The notes under the pieces were generated by a model, which did no database searches, had not been told where the DNA came from, and was given only the letters and a program-made list of their open reading frames with translations. DNA of 64,000 nt, taken from contig OX597816.1 in the NCBI GenBank assembly GCA_951406725.2, positions 54,374,001 to 54,438,000 on the forward strand. Direction: 5' to 3'. This stretch comes from Octopus vulgaris (lineage: Eukaryota). A program made the position numbers and the translations under genes. Positions 58,008 to 64,000 of this stretch are shown piece by piece (positions within the stretch are counted from its first letter, which is position 1; the number at the start of each line of letters is the position of its first letter).

Positions 58008-58042
58008 TGTATTTATAGCTACGCGACCACTTCCGATTGGCT
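58008..58042 (-). promoter_or_regulatory. Candidate Pol II core promoter (CCAAT, ETS-like CGGAAGT, TATAAATA)
   Basis: Minus strand reads GCCAATCGGAAGTGGTCGCGTAGCTATAAATA within a locally CpG-richer patch. Confidence 0.4.
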
Positions 58043-59175
58043 GCAGTTGCCAAAGCACAACTGTGCTAATCTGCGACAACAAAATAGCACTTCCTTGACC
58101 AAATACAATAACCGTTCAGCGTCGATTTAGAAGCTTTACTGTTCCAAATGAACTGCAAAGGACTCATGCAAAAAATATAAAAGAACACTTCACACACACA
58201 CACACACACGCGTACATGTATACTCATGCACACACACACAAATATTTTAGAAAAGCTATGTAAAGGCGTGTGTGTGTGTGTTTTGAAGATGTAATTACTC
58301 GTGCGCTACAATCATACGATGAGGTTTGTATTTGCTTTTTCTTATTTTAACTATTTGAACAAACTATCGCGATTGAAGCCATGGCAGTCCAATGTTGAGC
58401 AGCCTTTTAGACTTTATGTTCAAAACCTGAGTGCACAACCGACACATTGGTATTTAATTTTCACACAATGTTTTCTTTCCGCTGCTGGCCTGAAATATCG
58501 CAGCCAAATAAACGCCCTTCCAACTACGGTATGTTCTTCTCAAGATAACCGTCCCTCAAATCATAGTATTCTATCTTAAAATAAAAAGACACAAGACCTG
58601 GCATTAAACAACAACAAAAACAACGATGTCCAAAGCACCAACAGCAAAAATTGCGACAACATTAATTAAATTTATTTACCTGTTGGAGTCATATGGATCT
58701 CCATGCATCAGATTTTCCCTTCACGCATGAATATTAACTTTCTGTGAAATATTTCCATAATGTTTTGAAATTATCTCTCCCTTTATTTCTCAGAGTCACT
58801 CACAACTACCATTTTTTAGCAGTTTTTTTGTGTGTATATCATTCAGTACATCCTCATCTACCCGAATTGTGATCTTGCAGAATCATTAAGACGCCGAGCA
58901 ATACTGCCTAGCAACCTTTCATCAATCTTTACGCTTCACTTCAAATTCCATCGAGGTTGACTTTGCCTTTCATTCTTTCCTCATATCCTTCCTTTAATAG
59001 CTTCTAGCTCCAATTCTCTTAACTATCCATTCTTTCGTATTGCTCTTGCTCGGTTGCATAATATCTGTTCAGTAATTCCAAACAAATCCATTGCCTTCTT
59101 TTCTCTGTGCATTCGTTTTCTGTACCTTCTTACAAGCATGCCATTTGCTCCAGTAGTGACGCTCACTCCATAACA

Positions 59176-59405
59176 TATTTCTTTACTACCCACAAGGGGC
59201 TAAACACAGAGGGGACAAAGAAGGACAGACAAACGGATTAAGTCGATTATATCGACCCCAGTGCGTAACTAGTACTTATTTCATCGACCCCGAAAGGATG
59301 AAAGGCAAAGTCGACCTCGGCGGAATTTGAACTCAGAACGTAACTGCAGACGAAATACTGGAAAGCATTTCGCCCGGCGCGCTAACGTTTCTGCAATCAC
59401 GCCGC
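59176..59405 (-). mobile_element. SINE family A (tail type 2) with 13-bp TSD CTCACTCCATAAC
   Basis: TSD at 59162-59174 and 59413-59425. Confidence 0.93.
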
Positions 59406-59634
59406 TAAATCACTCACTCCATAACCATCATGGTTACTTGTTTACTTGTAGCATGGCTAGCAGTTACTGGATTGCGACTGGGCTCACCCTGCTGCACAGT
59501 GGGACGCCTGCCGTGTGCGGCACCTTCACCATTGGTTCCAGTCTCGTTCACACCCTTATCATTATTTATTTTGCTTAGCATTTTCACTCACAAATGGGAT
59601 GTGTTTTTAGGTTACCACCAACCGATATTTTCAT

Positions 59635-59862
59635 CGAGCTGGCAGAAACGTTAGCACGCCGGGCGAAATGCTTAGCGGTATTTCGTCTGCCGTTACGTTG
59701 TGAGTTCAAATTCCGCCGAGGTCGACTTTGCCTTTCATCCTTTCGGGGTCGATAAATTAAGTACCAGTTTCGCACTGGGATCGATATAATCGACTTAATA
59801 CCTATGTCTGTCCTTGTTTGTCCCCTCTGTGTTTAGCCCCTTGTGGGTAATAAAGAAATAGG
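59635..59862 (+). mobile_element. SINE family A (tail type 2) with 13-bp TSD TATTTTCATCGAG
   Basis: TSD at 59626-59638 and 59863-59875. Confidence 0.93.
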
Positions 59863-60833
59863 TATTTTCATCGAGACACTATCTCTAAAAAACACTTAAA
59901 GAGGCCTTTCTACCCTTAGAAGTTTAAGTGAGCTATCCTGCGCTGGACACTAACCCAGTATTCAGAGCTCTGCAGCTGGCGAAAGAGTTGTTATTTTGAT
60001 GGTCGTTCACTCCTCAGAGTTCTATCATTATTGTCACTAGTAGGACTTGTGTAAATTCCACGGAATGGAAAAAAAAATTAAGAGGACTTATTAACGAAAG
60101 AAAGGATGATTTGTATTTTTATAGCATTCATAGTTTAGCTGTATTTAAATATTCTTCACGATCGTCTACATTCATTTCCTCACGTTCCCGTCGCTGTTGT
60201 CTTTTCTTCTTTTTATTATATCTTTTCTCACTGTTCCTCTCTAATCTGTGCCCTTTCTCGAGCAGCTTGCAACCCTATTTCTTGTGAATCTAGAATTTAG
60301 ACTTCAGTCAACTTTTTAACCACGTAATAAGTATTTCTTCAACACTCCACCGCACGCCGTTAACACTTTTCACTCCCTTTTTTTTCTCTCGTCGTGTTTT
60401 TTCTCTCCTTATTCCCTTATACCTTCAGCTGACCAAGTGATCATTTGGCTTAACCTCCTTTCTCTACTTCTTCCTCTCTTCTTTCTTCACTCCTCCCTGT
60501 CGCTCTCTCATACTTACTCCATCTCTCACTCACTCCACCCCCACCTCTCTAACTAACTAACTACTGGGTTAACGAGCAAGCAGATTATTATATAGATTAT
60601 TATTATTAGTATTATTACTGTGTGGTGAATTAGAAAACCGGTAGAGCATCGGACAGACTATTATTTCGTATACATTTTCACTTACTGCCGAAACTATTTC
60701 TTTCTCCGTCCGATGTCACTGAAATTATTCCCTCCTGCCTTATTGTTATTGTTCTTGCGGTTGTTGTTGATGATGATGTTGTTGTTGCCGTTGTTATTAT
60801 TGTTGCTATAATTATTGTTGTATATTTAACAGT

Positions 60834-61002
60834 GGCGCAGGAGTGGCTGTGTGGTAAGTAGCTTGTTTATCAACCACATGGTTCCGGGTTCAGTCCAACT
60901 GCGTGGCTGGCACCTTGGGCAAGTGTCTTCTACTATAGCCTCGGGCCGACCAAAGCCTTGTGGGTGGATTTGGTAGACGGAAACTGAAAGAAGTCCGTCG
61001 TA

Positions 61003-61078
<76 letters not shown>

Positions 61079-61309
61079 TGCGTGTGTGTGTTTGTGTGTC
61101 TGTGTTTGTTCCCCTAGCATTGCTTGACAACCGATGCTGGTGTGTTTATGTCCCCGTTACTTAGCGGTTCGGTAAAAGAGACCGATAGAATAAGTACTGG
61201 GCTTACAAAAGAATAAGTCCCAGGGTCGAGTTGCTCGATTAAAGGCGGTACTCCAGCATGGCTTCAGTCAAATGACTGAAACAAATAAAAGAGTAAAGGA
61301 GTAAAGAGT
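60834..61309 (+). mobile_element. Full-length SINE family B with internal (TA)n(TG)n
   Basis: A-box-like TGGCTGTGTGG, B-box-like GGTTCAGTCC, CORE-like CCTTGGGCAAGT and GTAAAAGA tail. Confidence 0.9.
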
Positions 61310-62176
61310 GGTTCCTATTCGATCATTCCTTTTAGTTTTGTTCAGCATTTTTCCCCTGTTTTGTCTTTTCTGTTATTTTCGATTCGTCAAGCCTTCCTTT
61401 CATTTATTCACACAATACAAACATTGCCACACTCTACTGTAAACATTCAGTTTGGAGGCTCACTTTAGGCTTTTGTTTCAATAAGAGGCTGGTGCCTCTA
61501 CGTCTAGTTAAACGGATATTGCAGTTAAAAGATACGTTAACAACCACAGGGAACAGCTTAAGGTAAACATTTGGGCATTAATAATAGTTAACGATTTTAT
61601 AATGACTGGGTGTTAAACCACAAAAAATCGTTTATTGTGTCTAATGTTTGTGATGCTGTGAGGTTCTGACGCAGAAGGGAGAAGGTGAATTGGAGTATTT
61701 TACTGTTTATTTGCGAATTATAAACATGAATGGAAACACATAAACCCTGCCTGAACTATCAACTTTATTGCTGGGAAGAGCGAGAGAGAGAGAGAGAAGT
61801 TATTAAAGAGTATATCGAACACTTCAGCTAGAGTATCTATATCAGTTTGTACAGTGCCTTAATGGAGAAAAATTATGTAATTCTCACTGGCTCGGTCAAT
61901 CATTAATTGATAGGCACCATTACACGTTAACTGTGGAGATAAAGCTTTATTAGCGATAGGTAGCAACAAATGGTGAATGTATCTTCTCAACTACTCCAAC
62001 ATACAGAATGACAGAATGTTCATTATTTACATTATTTAAATTCGACGGATATTTGTCCCCATCTTGTTTGTTGTAAACACAACGTATCGGCTGACGTACC
62101 CTCCAGCCTTTTTCAGGTGGCTTGGGGAAATTTCGAACGTGGCTTCTCATTCCTAAGGTATTTTTCGATGTTATTA

Positions 62177-62210
<34 letters not shown>

Positions 62211-63725
62211 GTTAAGATTATATAGGGCTGAGGTAACTCCTCCAGAGGTTATAGAGAAATAAATAGAGGAGTGCCATAGTTATCATATGAAATTGGTTGA
62301 ACGATATTTCGGCATCTAGCGTGCCTTATGGATATCACATGATAACTATTTATTTCTCTATAACTTCTGGAGGAGTTACCTCAGTCCTATATAAACCTAA
62401 AAAAGGCAAGTAATAGTGAATCCCAACCCACCCCAGCACCACCCGCACCCTTTGTGGCCCACCCTTCCCTTGCAGACAGCAAACCTACCCACTTCCCACC
62501 AACAAGAAAACAAAAAACAAACTCACAAATTAACTCAGAAAACTCCCGATCAGCAGAACATTGCGTTAGTATCATAAATGGTAAAAATTCATTTGAAATA
62601 ATGAAAAAATGGGGAAAGGCGGGATTGGCAGATAACTGGGATGAGGATATGGAAGTGGCACTATCTAAATGCCAAATGGATGAACTTCAAGACGAACTTA
62701 AGAACGATTAAATATTGATATATGGGAGATTAGACAGGAAAAAGAAAAAGGAACTTGTGAGACGTTACGGGGTAATATTGGAGGGTTTAATATGTAGAGT
62801 TTAGTTCGATTAGGTAAGTGGGCAGGTAAGTAATGTTGACCGATGGGGCTGTTAACATCGCTTTCATGACTCATTTTCACCCCTTTTTCATCCTTATCAT
62901 ACGCTTATGTTTTTGTGGTGTTTTGTGTCCCCAATGTATTGTAATGTCCCCTCTGTGTAAGAGCTTTATGGTTAATAAAAAAATCAATTTCACATAACTA
63001 TAGCATTCTTTTATTTATTTCTCTATAACTTCTGGAGGAGTTACCTCAGTCCTATGTGATCTTAACAAAAAAAAAAAAAAAAAAGACTGACATGTAATTT
63101 TTGAACCTGTGGAAGGCAAGCTGGATTCCAAAATATCGTTCAACCAATTTCACATAAGTATGGCATTCATCTATTTATTGCTCTATAACTTCTGAAGGAG
63201 TTACCTCAGTCCTATGTGACCTTAACGAAGAAAAAAAAATGAAGTAGACTTATATGTAATTTTTATTTCTTTATTGCCCACAGGAGGCTAAACATAGAGG
63301 GGACAAACAAGGACAGACAAACGGATTAAGTCGATTACATCGACCCCAGTGCGTAACTGGTACTTATTTAATCGACCCCGAAAGGATAAAAGGCAAAGTC
63401 GACCTCGGCGGAATTTTAACTCATTTCGCCCGGCGTGCTAATGTTTCTGCCAGCTCGCCGCCTTTTAACTGACATGTAATTTTTGAACCTGTGGAAGGTA
63501 CGCTAGATCCCAAAATATTGTTCAACCAATTTCACATAAGTATGGCATTCATCTATTTATTTCTCTATAAGTTCTGGAGGAGTTACCTCAGTCCTATGTG
63601 ATCTTGACAAAAAAAAAAACAAAAAAAAACTGACTCAATTTTTGAACCTGTGGAAGGTACGCTAAATGCGGATATATCGTTCAACCAATTTCACATGATA
63701 ACTATGACACTCTTCTATTTCTCTA
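62211..63725. mobile_element. Unclassified element with ~165-175-bp tandem repeats (about 62985-63725) and an inverted copy at its left end (62211-62325)
   Basis: The unit TTTCTCTATAACTTCTGGAGGAGTTACCTCAGTCCTAT..(A)n..TTTTGAACCTGTGGAAGG..GTTCAACCAATTTCACAT is repeated about 3 times, plus partial and inverted copies. Confidence 0.75.
63264..63463 (-). mobile_element. SINE family A (tail type 2, internal deletion) inserted in the tandem repeat
   Basis: Flanked by a duplicated ATGTAATTTTT. Confidence 0.9.
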
Positions 63726-63807
63726 TTCATATTATTGAGGTCACTGCTTGGAATAGAACTCGGAATCTAGGGTTTAGTAACCCGCGCTCTGAATCTCTAC
63801 GCCTCGT

Positions 63808-64000
63808 GCTTATGGCGTAGTGGTTAAGAGCGCGGGCTACTAAACCCAAGATTTCGAGTTCGATTCGAGGCATGGACTTGAATAAAAATAAATATATTAA
63901 CATCGAAAAATACCTTAGGAATGAGAACGCAGTTTCGAAATTTCCCCAAAACACCTGAGAAGGCTGATGGGGGGTGGGGTCTACCAGCCGAAACTTTGTG
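63808..64000 (+). mobile_element. Uninterrupted hammerhead SINE (runs off the window)
   Basis: A box at 63813, B box GAGTTCGATTC, short AT tract, body AACATCGAAAAATACCTTAGGAATGAGAAC, then ACAC-CTGAGA-AGGCTG..CAGCC-GAAAC-TTTGTG. Confidence 0.85.

Larger units (their letters stand above)
62020..63809 (-). mobile_element. Minus-strand hammerhead SINE (body 62020-62170, head 63731-63809) split by a 1.5-kb insert in its (AAT)n
   Basis: Both parts are reverse complements of 63808-64000 and 39320-39446. Degenerate hammerhead at 62076-62121. Confidence 0.8.

Overview
This is an AT-rich, repeat-dominated eukaryotic window in which I can support no host protein-coding exon. The repeat content suggests an octopus or other coleoid cephalopod intergenic or intronic region (inference). 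Most of the supplied ORFs are translations of microsatellites. The real coding signal comes from decayed transposable elements: three families of R4/Dong-like restriction-like-endonuclease retrotransposons in (TAA)n/(ACT)n arrays, Tx1/L1-clade LINEs associated with (CTAT)n, RTE- and CR1-like fragments, Penelope-like elements (PLEs), one full-length Tc1 and one full-length mariner. There is also a Helitron-like insert and several tRNA-derived SINE families. The most interesting structure is a short non-coding element present in about 5 copies. It combines a Pol III tRNA-like head, an internal (AAT)n tract that other elements insert into, and a minimal type I hammerhead ribozyme with a palindromic stem III. 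It recurs in inverted, Penelope-like arrangements. At least four other unrelated hammerhead-like motifs occur in the window. One SINE family has two alternative 3' tails, one shared with the Tx1-like LINE. All calls were made by eye, and boundaries may be off by some bases.
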